63,924 nucleotides of DNA from Thecamonas trahens ATCC 50062 (Eukaryota; Protista; Apusomonadida), in assembly GCF_000142905.1 (NCBI RefSeq), contig NW_013657627.1:1-63924 (forward strand). Reading direction: 5' to 3'. The notes below the pieces were generated by a model, which was given only the letters and a program-made list of their open reading frames with translations, was not told the DNA's origin and searched no databases. Below, in pieces: positions 11,085 to 21,708 of the stretch; the stretch's first letter is position 1, and every line of letters starts with the position of its first letter. The translations under genes and the position numbers were made by a program.

Positions 11085-12350
11085 CTATTGGAGCATAGAC
11101 CGCGAGGTCTGTTCTGCTCCGCTGTGCCCGGTCCCCCAATACCGAATCAACGCCGCCACGGTCGCGCAACCACCAATGGCCATCACCTCCTCCTTGCGGG
11201 CACGGTTCGTCACCAGGGCTTGCGCTCCACCCTTGGGTAAGGAGTGGCCGCCAAACCCGGCACCAGAACCGTACTGCGTCTCTGCTACCGTGTTCACCAG
11301 TGACGCAACATGCCGTGACCGGAGAGGATGTGCTCGCCGCTCGGCGCGTCTCTCAGCGTGTCAACGCCGCGGCGGTGCGGCACTCGACTACACGCCAGCC
11401 GCTTCAATGAATCATCATTCTTCCTGACTGATTCCCCGCTTGCGGGCATAGCCCGGCACTCGAGTCCTCGCGTAGTACGCGAGTAGCACAAGGACGCCAA
11501 CCCCGCCGCGTTTTCCACCACGCTCGCACCACTCGCACCGGGCAGAACCGCGCATCCTTCACCGCATGAACTTCGATCCGCACTGTCCGCAGGCCTGCTG
11601 TAGTCGTCTTGTGGAAACGGTTCCAGATCACCACCCCGTCATGCACGAGCTCTATCTCTGCTTCAGCGAGTTGGGCCAAGTCCGCGGCCGGCGAGAGTGA
11701 TCGCCAGCCGCACGTCAGCACAGCGGCAGGTGCCGCCCATTCCGCCGACCCATCATCCCCGTTCGCTCCCAAGTAGTTGGCAATGTCTGCCCACAGCAAC
11801 GGTCGGCTCGGTGCGCGACGCGCTCCCCTTGGTTGTCTCGCACGAAACTCCTGCTACCGCTCAGTGGCCATCTGTGTTGCAGCTGTTGCTACCGCTCCGA
11901 CTCGTTGCCAGGCAACGAGGCTCCATTGGGTTCGAGCGGAAGTCGTCGCGGAGTCAAAACCGCGCCGATTTCACGCTCGAAGTAGTACAGCATTGAAGGC
12001 ATTCGCAACTGTCGATACGGACTACTACAGCAACTCCTTCTTGCCCAACTTGACCTTGGCCATCACTGCAGCTTCCAACCTACCCTCTCCCCACTGCCAC
12101 GGCACGTCGTGACGTCGACACCAGCACTTGAGCGCCCCGAGGTGCTTGTCCGGTCGCGCGTGTGTCTCGACTGCCCATGCGATGAAACGGGTCACGTCAC
12201 CTGCCGAAGGGGGAAGCTGGAGCCCTCCTGGTCGCTGCCCCGCTTCCAAACACTGCCGGTACTGCCGAACCGTGGTCTTGGCCAGCTGCTTCTCTGCCCA
12301 TCTGGTCAGGACGTCTTGTGCTTGATCCAAAGCGGTAGTCGCCAGCCCTT
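11085..12350 (-). pseudogene. Tyrosine recombinase of the YR retroelement, disrupted by stops and a 162-bp insertion
   Basis: N-terminal TTVRQY..DVTRFIAW segment. The catalytic region DGVVIWNRFHKT..RFCPV resumes after the insertion as GHSLPKGGAQ..MAIGG..ALIRY. The box II Arg is mutated to Pro. Confidence 0.8.
11329..11490 (-). mobile_element. 162-bp solo LTR-like element, copy 1, with 4-bp target duplication AGGA
   Basis: TGTGCT...AGCACA inverted termini. AGGA at 11325-11328 and 11491-11494. Near-identical inverted copies at 38447 and 40777. Confidence 0.88.
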
Positions 12351-12569
12351 GCGGCTCAACTCTCACACCTCCCAATTGCTGGTCCGGCTCGCAGCCATTG
12401 TGTCGACCAGCCGCCACTCTTGGTCGTTGGCGAGGGGTTGCCACCAGTGGCGGCCGCGCCACACTGATGTCGCGTTGTCTAGCTCGATGGAGGCCTAGTA
12501 CTGCGGCTCCCAGGCTTGGTTGCCAGAGTGGCGCGCCGGCGCGATCGAGCTTGGCGAGATGGCGTCCGC

Positions 12570-13760
12570 GCTTCGTCAACGCACAGAAAATGCACGGGCT
12601 GAGACTCCATCCGAACGGAATTGCTTTGTAGCGAAAGGTGCGACCGCCTACCTCCACTCTGCACCACCGGCGTGCGTCGTCGGCCAAGGCGACGTGGCCA
12701 ATGTCGATTGTGGCGCGGTACCATCATCCCGTGACGTCGCGGTCGATGGCTGTCGGAAAGTCGTTGATCTTGAACCGTCTCTTGCCGAACCGCTCGTTGA
12801 GTTTGCACATCCGCACGATCAACCGAATGCCGATCGTCGCGCGGTTCCATCTCATGACGTCGCGGTCGATGGCTGTCGGAAAGTCGTCGATCTTGAACCG
12901 TCTCTTGCCGAACCGCTCGTTGAGTTTGCACATCCGCACGATCAACCGAATGCCGATTGTGGCGCGGTACCAGCCCGTGACGTCGCGGTCGATGGCTGTC
13001 GGAAAGTCGTTGATCTTGAACCGTCTCTTGCCGAACCGCTCGTTGAGTTTGCACATCCGCACGATCAACCGAATGCCGATTGTGGCGCGGTACCATCTCA
13101 TGACGTCGCGGTCGATGGCTGTCGGAAAGTCGTTGATCTTGAACCGTCTCTTGCCGAACCGCTCGTTGAGTTTGCACATCCGCACGATCAACCGAATGCC
13201 GATCGTCGCGCGGTTCCATCTCATGACGTCGCGGTCGATGGCTGTCGGAAAGTCGTCGATCTTGAACCGTCTCTTGCCGAACCGCTCGTTGAGTTTGCAC
13301 ATCCGCACGATCAACCGAATGCCGATTGTGGCGCGGTACCATCTCATGACGTCGCGGTCGATGGCTGTCGGAAAGTCGTTGATCTTGAACCGTCTCTTGC
13401 CGAACCGCTCGCTGAGTTTGCACATCCGCACGATCAACCGGAAGCGCCTCTCGTCTCTGCCGCCTGGCTCGTTGGGTATGCATCGCACGCGCGAAACGTG
13501 CACCACATCGCTTGACGCACACTCTTCCACTACTCCGTACCCCTTCTCCAAGCGTTGCAGTTGGCGCAGGGCCCAAGCGTCCTCCTCGGCGTTCTTGAAA
13601 ATGTTTGGCAGTCCCTGTCTTGGAAGCGTCCTGCTCATCTTGGGGAACATCATCACGCCGTCGGGTAGCCGTCGAAGTGGCCACGATCCTTCGTCTAAAA
13701 TCGTACGCCACGCCTGTTCGCCGCATCGGCACAGACGACCGGGAAGCATCCCGCCTACGC
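12570..13760 (-). pseudogene. Partial reverse transcriptase of the YR retroelement; YxDD and RNase H not found (internal deletion)
   Basis: VSRVRCIPN..RFRLIV..KLN, ATIDI and FRYKAIPFGWSLSP are present, then an abrupt switch to YR-proximal sequence. Confidence 0.75.
12705..13440. repeat. Six tandem copies of a 123-bp (41-aa) unit inside the RT
   Basis: GTCGCGGTCGATGGC at 12736, 12859, 12982, 13105, 13228 and 13351. Confidence 0.95.
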
Positions 13761-15225
13761 CTTTGTCTTGCTCGGGCAGTTGAGAGAGTTGTGCCCGTCG
13801 CCCTTGCAATGGTAGCAGAAGGTTGGGTTCTTGCACATGGCGGCGAGGTGGCCCGATTTTGCGCAGCTGTGGCACGTCCTCGTCTCGGGCCTGCCCATCG
13901 GCCTTGTGGTGCCGGTTCCCTCTCTCCTGGCTCGGAGGACCGGACGGTTTTCCTTCTCGTCCCGTGCGCCCCGCTGTGCAGGCGCCAGATAGCGGTCGAC
14001 ACACTTTGGCCTTGAAGAGGGCTGTGAAGGCTTCCTTCGTGCTCGTTTTGTCCGGAGCCCAAATCCCTGCCGCCCGTCGCAGCGCAATCCGGATAAGATA
14101 CCAATCGGCCTTCTTGATGTCGTTGCGCTCGATGGGGCCGAGGACTTGGATGTGACGGCGCACCTCGTTGCGCGACGGCCCCGCCGCGGCAAAAGGCGTG
14201 TGTGCGACCGCGGCTGGGATCCGCGTGTCTGATGCTGTCGGCTCCACCTCGTTGTCGGACGCGCAAACCCCGGCCAAAGATCCGCTAGCGACGAGTCGGA
14301 CGGTTCGTCATCCGAAGAGTACTCGGTGTCACTGCACGGCCTCGTCTTCTTGGACTTCCTGCTCCTAATCATAGTCTTCCGCTTCTTCTTTGCCCTCTTC
14401 TTGGTTTTCTTCTTCTTGTTCTGCTGGGCGCTGCTCGCCTTCGCTGCGCACCTCGACCGTCTCATCGGCATCGGGCGCTCAACCGAGTCAGAACACTCGT
14501 CCCATGCAGTCGACTCATCCAAGCATTCCACGGAGGCGCAAGAATTTGGTCTCCTCGCTCTCCGGCCCAGATGCGAGCCTCCCCCCCCCCCCGTGAGCTC
14601 CCTCGGTGGACGCTCGCGCGCGGCTCTGCCGATCTCGCCCGCGCACCCACGTTCCGTGCAAAAGCCTCGGAGCCAGCGGCCCGGGTAAATCACCATCATC
14701 GTCACCATTGTCGTCAGCGCCGGGAACTGCAACTGCCTCTTCCCTCGTGACCTCGCCTCCTGTGTAGTAATGCTCTTTTGGGGCTGTGACGAAAGCGAGA
14801 AGACGTTCCATCCGTTCCGCCTGTGCCTGCTGGTGCTGTGCCATCTGATCCGCCTGTGCCTGCTGGTGCTGTGCCATCTGTTCCGCCTGTGCCTGCTGGT
14901 GCTGTGCCATCTGTTCCGCCTGTGCCTGCTGGTGCTGTGCCATCTGTTCCGCCTGCGCCTGCTGGTGCTGTGCCATCTGATCCGCCTGTGCCTGCTGGTG
15001 CTGTGCCATCTGTTCCGCCTGTGCCTGCTGGTGCTGTGCCATCTGTTCCGCCTGCGCCTGCTGGTGCTGTGCCATCTGTTCCGCCTGTACCTGCTGGTGC
15101 TGTGCCATCTGTTCCGCCTGTGCCTGCTGGTGCTGTGCCATCTGTTCCGCCTGTACCTGCTGGTGCTGTGCCATCCTCTCCAACATCGTCTGCATCATAG
15201 TCGTTATGGCCGTCGTTGTCATCGT
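13755..15225 (-). pseudogene. Frameshifted gag-like ORF with a Q-rich repeat and two CCHC zinc knuckles
   Basis: CHSCAKSGHLAAMC and CYHCKGDGHNSLNC at the C-terminus. The N-terminal part lies in other frames. Confidence 0.7.
14808..15175. repeat. 33-bp minisatellite (~11 copies) encoding [11 protein letters not shown] on the minus strand
   Basis: CCATCTGTTCCGCCTGTGCCTGCTGGTGCTGTG tandem array. Confidence 0.95.
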
Positions 15226-15329
15226 CGTCTCGGCCCCTTCGATCAAGCCCGCGGGGACTCGACCGCAGTGGCAGTCGTTGTTGGTGTGGTCCCGAGACGC
15301 TGGCCCGCAACCCACCTCCCCCACCTCGC

Positions 15330-16684
15330 CCGCTACATACCGGACGAGGGCCTGCTCCCACGCGTGGGCGGCGCTCCAGTGCCTAAAATCGACCCGCCAG
15401 AGGGCGCTTGTATTTATTCTGGCCTTGATGGGTTGTTTGAGCGGTGCCGCCAGTCCGTCGTCAATCTGACAAAGTCCGGACCTGTTGTGCTGTATGTCGA
15501 CGAGTGGACGTCCAAGGCGACACACAAGTCATTTCTCGGCATGTGCGCCTCCTTCTGCGATAATGATGGAGAGCGTGTAACCGTTCCGGTTGCTTTTCGT
15601 GCCCTCACGCCTGAGACTATGCTCGCGATCCAGGAGACTGGTTTGGATAGCGAGGCATCATCGGGCGCCGTAGCAGCGGAAGCACTGGATCACCTGTCTA
15701 CCAATGCGACCACACTGGCCAGTATGGTGAAGGAATGCACGGACCGGATGGGAGTGGAGTGGGGCGTGTTTGCGGCGTGGCGACTGACAGTAGGTCGGTC
15801 ATGGCGTGGATGGCGGGTGAGCTTGGACTGCCTTGGTTTCCCTGCCTATCCCACTGCATCAACCTCATCGCAGGCATGGTGATCCGCCACCTCGGCTCGG
15901 CAGCCGAGCCCTGCCCCGAGCTCATGATGCAGGACAAGATGCTCGAGCTAGTCGGAGACAAGCGTTTCGGGGTAGCGAGACCGAGCCAATGGAGGCCAAC
16001 TCGAGCGGTCCAACGCCAGGTCCGTTCAGCGGAGCCAACTTGTCGGCGCCCGGACCAGTTGCGCCAGTGGGCAAGCGGAAAGAGCCCGGTGCTACCAACG
16101 ATGACGTCGTCGTCGACGATTTGATGCACTCAGGCCTGCCCAATGCCCCTCTCGATGGTGGCGCGGATCCTCTGTCAAAGGGTCGTCGCATTGTGGCCCT
16201 CGTTGAGCGCTCGAGTAAGGTCAAGCGCTACGTCGCTCTCGCTTGCCCGAAGGACAGCCTCGTCATCTGACGAACGCAACACATCCTCGGCCTCCTCATC
16301 GCCGTCGACATCGTATCCCTCACCACCCTCGATCGCCACCTGAAGCTCGGCCCGTTTCAGCCGCAGCTGTTCCGGATGCATACCATTAGCCTCGGCGATG
16401 AGCGCCGCGTCCATCACGTCGACGATATCATGGACAAGAAGGAGCAGTTGGGACAGGAGGAGTACAAGATCGAGGTCAGCAAGTACAAACGGCTAGCCCC
16501 TCCAGTCAGGCCACGCCGTCGGCCGCGGTCGCTGCGGCCATGTGTCGTCACCCGGTGGGGGTCGACTGTTGCCATGGTCAATGGCATGCTCGACATGGGC
16601 GAGGAGATCGACGAGGTCTGCTCGATGGCGGAGGAGTCTGTGGATAAGGTTTCGGACGACGAGTGGGCGCAGGTGAAGCTCGCG
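15330..16684 (+). mobile_element. hAT-family transposase remnant (frameshifted, 3'-truncated)
   Basis: VDEWTS..SFLG, VATD, PCLSHCINL, VVTRWGS and VSDDEW appear in order across three frames. Confidence 0.8.
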
Positions 16685-16924
16685 TGTGTGAGAATCAGTT
16701 TAATGATATAGACTAGAGGGTCCACAACCAACCGAACGTCGGACGAAGCCCCCGACCGTAGAAAGGGACTGTCCGGGCCCGTCTGGCGCCAACTTACTCG
16801 TGAGCCTCGTCATACGCATGAAGCGCTTGGACTTGGGGCCTGGCCTTGGGTAGGGGTCAGGACGTGGATCGGACCGGCGTGAGCCGGGCCGATTAGAACA
16901 ATTATGGCGCCCTGCACGGGTGCA
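16682..16924. repeat. ~245-bp dispersed repeat, copy 1 (LTR-like or structured element)
   Basis: High identity to 58367-58614. Starts GCGTGTGTG and ends CTGCACGGGTGCA. Confidence 0.85.
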
Positions 16925-17103
16925 GGGGTTAGTTATCCAACCTTACGGTAGGGGGTCTCCGACCCGATAAGGTTGCATCGGATCTTGGGTGCAGGAGGAG
17001 GTCTTGTCCAGAAAGAGGGGGGAAGGGGGGAAGGGGGCGAAAAAAGGGGGTAAGCTGGCGTGTTGGGGGGGTAAAGAGATGGGCGTTGGAGATGGCGTTG
17101 AAG

Positions 17104-17507
17104 ATGGCGTTGACAATGGACGAGACACAGCAGCGCTGTTGAGAGCTCCTGTGTTCCAGATCACGTGCTGGAGAGTTGTTGCATGGAGTTAAGCAGAGAA
17201 GCACCTACAGGAACTGCAGGGTGCCACCTGCCGTGGGATTGTACGCCGGCCCTAAGTACCGCGAACCACTGATCACACTACGGCGAGATTTTGTGGCCTC
17301 GGCGACTAGAGAGACGTTATCTATGGCGTTGACAATGGACGAGACACAGCAGCGCTGTTGAGAGCTCCTGTGTTCCAGATCACGTGCTGGAGAGTTGTTG
17401 CATGGAGTTAAGCAGAGAAGCACCTACAGGAACTGCAGGGTGCCACCTGCCGTGGGATTGTACGCCGGCCCTAAGTACCGCGAACCACTGATCACACTAC
17501 GGCGAGA
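17104..17507. repeat. Tandem duplication: 185 bp identical, 219-bp period
   Basis: 17104-17288 matches 17323-17507. Confidence 0.95.
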
Positions 17508-18571
17508 AGACGGCCGCCACATAGGACATCCGTAAGTGGTGCGGCGTACAACTTGTTGGGTGCTCAACATCGACTGCAGGATACTCTAGTCACTTGGAAT
17601 CCCTCACTGGGGCGCCGACGACCGATATTCCTTCAGATCCCACCCTCCAAGAGGCCGGCCTCTGTCCTGGTTGCAGCTCAGGACCACCGAGCATCCGGCG
17701 GTCCACCAGGGAGAGGTTGGCAATATGGATGATAATGCCGACAACATGTGACGACACTGGTTGCCGTCGGCGGACCGACGGCGGGATGGACACACATCCC
17801 ATGGGGGGTTAGGAGGATCAGCGTGAGCAGGGCGCATGCGCCCTCGCCCCGCTGATCCGTCCACACCTCGCAGCGCCGTTTAGGGACGGATCCCTGACCG
17901 CAACCATCGGGGGCGACAAACGGTAGGTGCACCTACCGCCGGTCAACCCCCTTCGAATGAGACCGCACCCCCTTGCGGACTCCGGTCGCATGACGTTTGG
18001 CGGGTCATTTCTGACCACGAGGAAGGATGTGCAAGGGCGCCAGACGGACTGCGTCCTGGCGCCCAGGGTGCCGGCTCCTCCCCTGGCCCCCCTTCCTGGT
18101 GGTACACGCTCCTCGGCCTGCTCAAGACACCGGGTGCACCCCCGGCCACGGGAGGTGAAGCTCGCGTACCCAGTCCTCAGCATGATCGAGACCGCCTCCA
18201 CCAGATGGCAGAGGGAGGATACTCGGCCGTCTGATGCGATTGTGACGATGGTGCATATGGGCTCCGGCATGCAAGAGATTAAGAGCAACTTTAAAAAAAA
18301 AAGCGTTCCACGATTTTCGTTCCACTGGCGGGACACAGTGGAACGTTGTGGACAATACTGAGGATATTGTTGAACGTCTTGAGGATGTTCCAACCCATGT
18401 CGCTGCTGAGAGCGCGTCGAGTGACGGTGTGGTGGGTGAACGGGGTGGCTGCTCTGACAACGACGCCAGCGGTATGCCAGGCGAGGTTGAGGGCAGCGGC
18501 GCTGCTATCGATAAGGGCGGTCGCGGTGAGGATGAAGTCCCAGCCGCAGATAGCAGATAGCAAAGGCTGAG

Positions 18572-19408
18572 ATGGAAGCTGGCGTGAAGGGGAAAAGGGC
18601 TAGAAGGGCAATATGGACCGATGACGAGCGGATCACTCTTATCGCTACCTATGTCAAGTGTGGCGGGTGCAACCAGGGCTCGCCCCCGAACTGGGACAAG
18701 ATCACGGCCATGTTCCTAGGGATCTATGCCGAGAAGTCGCTCTCCAAACAAGCACTCAAGGCCCAATTCTGTCGACTCAAGAAGAAGTATCGATCGGAGA
18801 AGGCTCGCATGGCCAAGTCCGGGGAAGATCCCACGTCCACTCTGGTGTATTTCAACGCGATGGACTTGGCCATGGCTGCCGAAGGAGTGGTCACTGACGA
18901 CATGCTGATTGGAAGTCGCCTCAAAGCAGAAGGTCTCGAAGAAGTGCACAAGAGATACTCCTCCGAGGAAGGAAGGCGGGCTGCGGCTCCGATTCGCATT
19001 CTTGAGCGGCACAAGGCGGTGGTGGCTGGCCAGGACAAGAAGGACGCGGCAATGCCGATGAAAAAGGTGAGCCCGTCGAAGTTCTCGCTCATGGAGCAAC
19101 ATCGCGAGGAGGCCGAGCGTGATCGCGAGAGTCAGCGCGAGATGATGACTATGCTCATGGAACATCAGACCAAACTGGTCGAGATGATGATGACTGGGCT
19201 TGACAACAAGCGCAAGCGTAAGCGTAAGCGCAAGCGCAAGCGCAAGTCCAAACGAAAGCGTCGCAAGCGTCGCAAGCGACGACTGCTGAAAGCTCTGAAG
19301 GTGCTTTCGGCTAACAACGGATCTTCAGGCCAAGTCGACGCGTCGATGCTGCTGTTGCTATCGTCCTCGTCTTCACTGTCCGCATCGTCGTCAGATTCAC
19401 CAAGCTGA
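18572..19408 (+). CDS. Myb/SANT-like (trihelix) DNA-binding protein, Harbinger ORF2-type, with a basic KR tract
   Basis: WTDDERITLI..W.KI....KAQFCRLKKKYR..SG..YFNAMD pattern in an intact 278-aa ORF. Confidence 0.72.
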   Translation: MEAGVKGKRARRAIWTDDERITLIATYVKCGGCNQGSPPNWDKITAMFLGIYAEKSLSKQALKAQFCRLKKKYRSEKARMAKSGEDPTSTLVYFNAMDLAMAAEGVVTDDMLIGSRLKAEGLEEVHKRYSSEEGRRAAAPIRILERHKAVVAGQDKKDAAMPMKKVSPSKFSLMEQHREEAERDRESQREMMTMLMEHQTKLVEMMMTGLDNKRKRKRKRKRKRKSKRKRRKRRKRRLLKALKVLSANNGSSGQVDASMLLLLSSSSSLSASSSDSPS

Positions 19409-21472
19409 TCGGCAAGTTCTCCTCCGCCATCGTCCGGTGCCGTACACATTGGCTAAAGTCCCAACCAGCTCCCAGCATGTTTCAATTGCGGATTGTTCTG
19501 TATGCGGAGAGCAGGACGTTGTCACTGTCCGCATCGTCGTCAGATTCACCAAGCCAAGTAGGCAATGCAAACCACGGCGGCATCTGCGATGATTGGGCGC
19601 ATCAGAAGTACGGCCACTAAGGAGCTTGTAGACCATAAGGTTGGTTGTGAACATGATTTCAAGGAGCATCATCATATCTACGTCCCCATCAGCACTCGAT
19701 GCAACAGATGTGCTCGAGTCAAGCGTGCCCGAGTATGAGCATGACGAGGACGAGTACGAGTACGAAGATACGCACGAGCATGCTTCGACTTCAGAGAACC
19801 CAGATTCACTATCAGATACACTCGATATGCACACAGGAGCTATGTGCATGGTGCCGGGGAAGTCGAAGTTGCCGCCATTCGTTCCATTCAGATCGTTCCT
19901 TCCGTTCGACCCACACATTCAGCCGAGGAACGTTCCTTGAGTTTTTGAAGTTGGCCTAACTCAGACCAGGCGTCTGGCGCGGGCACAGCCGCTTTGGAGG
20001 CAATCGGAAGCGAGGTCAAGTACTTTGCGGAGCAAGAGACATCGCTATTCGCTTTCCTCATTGAGACCGAGGTGAGCCAAGAGCAACTGCGAGAGTTGTG
20101 TGGCTGCTACGCCAAGGCATTGTACGGCGACAGAACGAGCGACACGTTGATGCAGCGGGTTCGCCGCGAGGTGTGGGGCCGCTTTGCGAGCAAGATTGCG
20201 GTTGCATTCCATGACCAGCTTGCGCGCACCGAGAACGAAGCTGTCCCGGAAGTGGTGGAGATGTGGAGAACCGAGTGCGGGACTGAGCCGTGACGATGTG
20301 ATGAAGTTGTGGATGTTATTCTGCAAAAGTACAGGCGGTCGCGTTGGGACCAAGAAGGCGCGCGCACGGCGTTTGCGCAGCAGGCGAGGCGCGGCCCTTC
20401 CGCGACTCTGCTAGTCGAGAGGTACAGCAAGGCAGCTACTCGGGCCATCTTCGACTACAAGAACATCTGTGTGACGATGAGCGGATCGTCGATGTTATGG
20501 AGGCATATATGTAGTGGTGGGCTGTTTCACTGTGGGGTGTGAAGGGAATTATTTTACATGATGGAGCAAGGCACTTTGAGTTCGCGTGCCGGGCGAGCCG
20601 GGTCTGCGACCGCTTCCTCGCGCCCGAGAACCATAGCGCCGTCCGCAAGGACTGGTCTGACGTTCCCATCCGCCGCCGCTGGCCCAACTCTCAACTACAC
20701 GAGCTCGCCCAAGCCGCAGCTGGACGGCATCGGCGCGTCAGCCGCTCCACGCCGACGGCCACCACGACGGCGAGCCGTTTTGGCCTGCGCTTACACCGTT
20801 TGCTGACTTTCCCGTCGCCGAGCTTCGCGACGCACCGCCGCCACCCAACATGCTCATCGCCGGCCAAGCTGGGTCCGGCAAGACCACAATTGCCCGCATC
20901 ATGGGCAAGCCCATGCAGTACGCCGGCCTCCTCGCGCACCTACTCGCAGCTAGCCACCGACGTGCAGCACGGGCCGGAGCCGTGCTTTTCTACCACGAGC
21001 TGGGTATGCGCTGACGGACGCCATCGGCGCGTCGTACGCGCCCGACATCGACCGCTTCCTGGCCACAGACTCGGCTCTCCCGACCCGGTTCCCTGACGCG
21101 ACGCGGTTGAAGGTCGACACGTACTCGGTCATGCAACTGGTGTACATCTGCCAGCTCTAAATGCGCAAGGCCGAGTGCCCGAGTACGGACGAGGTCGATG
21201 CGGCCCGAGTACGGACGAGGTTGATGCGGCCCATTTCTGGGCAGAGCACGAGGGCTTGCCCTCCGACAATGACGACGCCCGGCCCAGCCCGAGCGCGCGG
21301 CGGGAGGTAGACGTCGTCGATGAGGAGAGGGAGGCGGCAGTCACCAAGCGGATCGTCAAGGAACGTGGTGACGTCGATGTGGCGGGGCTCAGCGGCAACG
21401 GCGTCGAGGGAGGCGACCCATAGCTCGCCGTCTCGACGTGTGGGGGGCTATGGGCCATGTGAAGACGGCGGG

Positions 21473-21708
21473 CACTCAACTCTCGGTCACCCCCGTGCTT
21501 ACATGCAGCATGTAGTTGTTGGTCGTCGACCTCCTGCCGACGGTCGTCCTTGTCTCGTAATAAACGTATCCCTCGTAGGGTACGTACAAGGGCTGCCTTC
21601 TGCTCCTCTTGATATACAAGCTGTTCTCCATCATGTGCGCCACTGTGGTTGCTCTGATTTTTTTCGTACATGCTGCATGGAAGCACGGGTGTGACCGAGA
21701 GTATAGTG
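21473..21708. mobile_element. MITE-like element with ~36-42-bp terminal inverted repeats
   Basis: ACTCTCGGTCACCCCCGTGCTTACATGCAGCATGTA (21479-21514) matches the reverse complement of 21667-21702 with 2 mismatches. The interior is more AT-rich. Confidence 0.7.

Larger units (their letters stand above)
10764..15300 (-). mobile_element. Degenerate tyrosine-recombinase retrotransposon (DIRS/PAT/Ngaro superfamily), order gag-RT-YR
   Basis: gag with two CCHC knuckles, RT motifs RLIV/ATID/YKAIPFGWSLSP, and YR motifs ADL..HKT..FCPV..HSLPKGGA..RY. Boundaries are approximate. Confidence 0.82.
16925..19970 (+). mobile_element. PIF/Harbinger-like transposon remnant (decayed DDE transposase plus Myb/SANT-like ORF)
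   Basis: DG-THIP with a 1-nt deletion at ~17786, H..R.TVER at ~18325, and an adjacent trihelix/Myb-like ORF. The left end begins GGGG. The right boundary is uncertain. Confidence 0.55.

Noticed and set aside
16925-19968. Harbinger terminal inverted repeats GGGGTTAGTTATCCAAC / GTTGGCCTAACTCAGACC
   Set aside because: Only partial complementarity and no TWA target duplication, so the boundary cannot be fixed.
19970-21470. Fragmentary ORFs with protein-like composition
   Set aside because: Multiple stops and frameshifts and no family I can recognise. Left unannotated.
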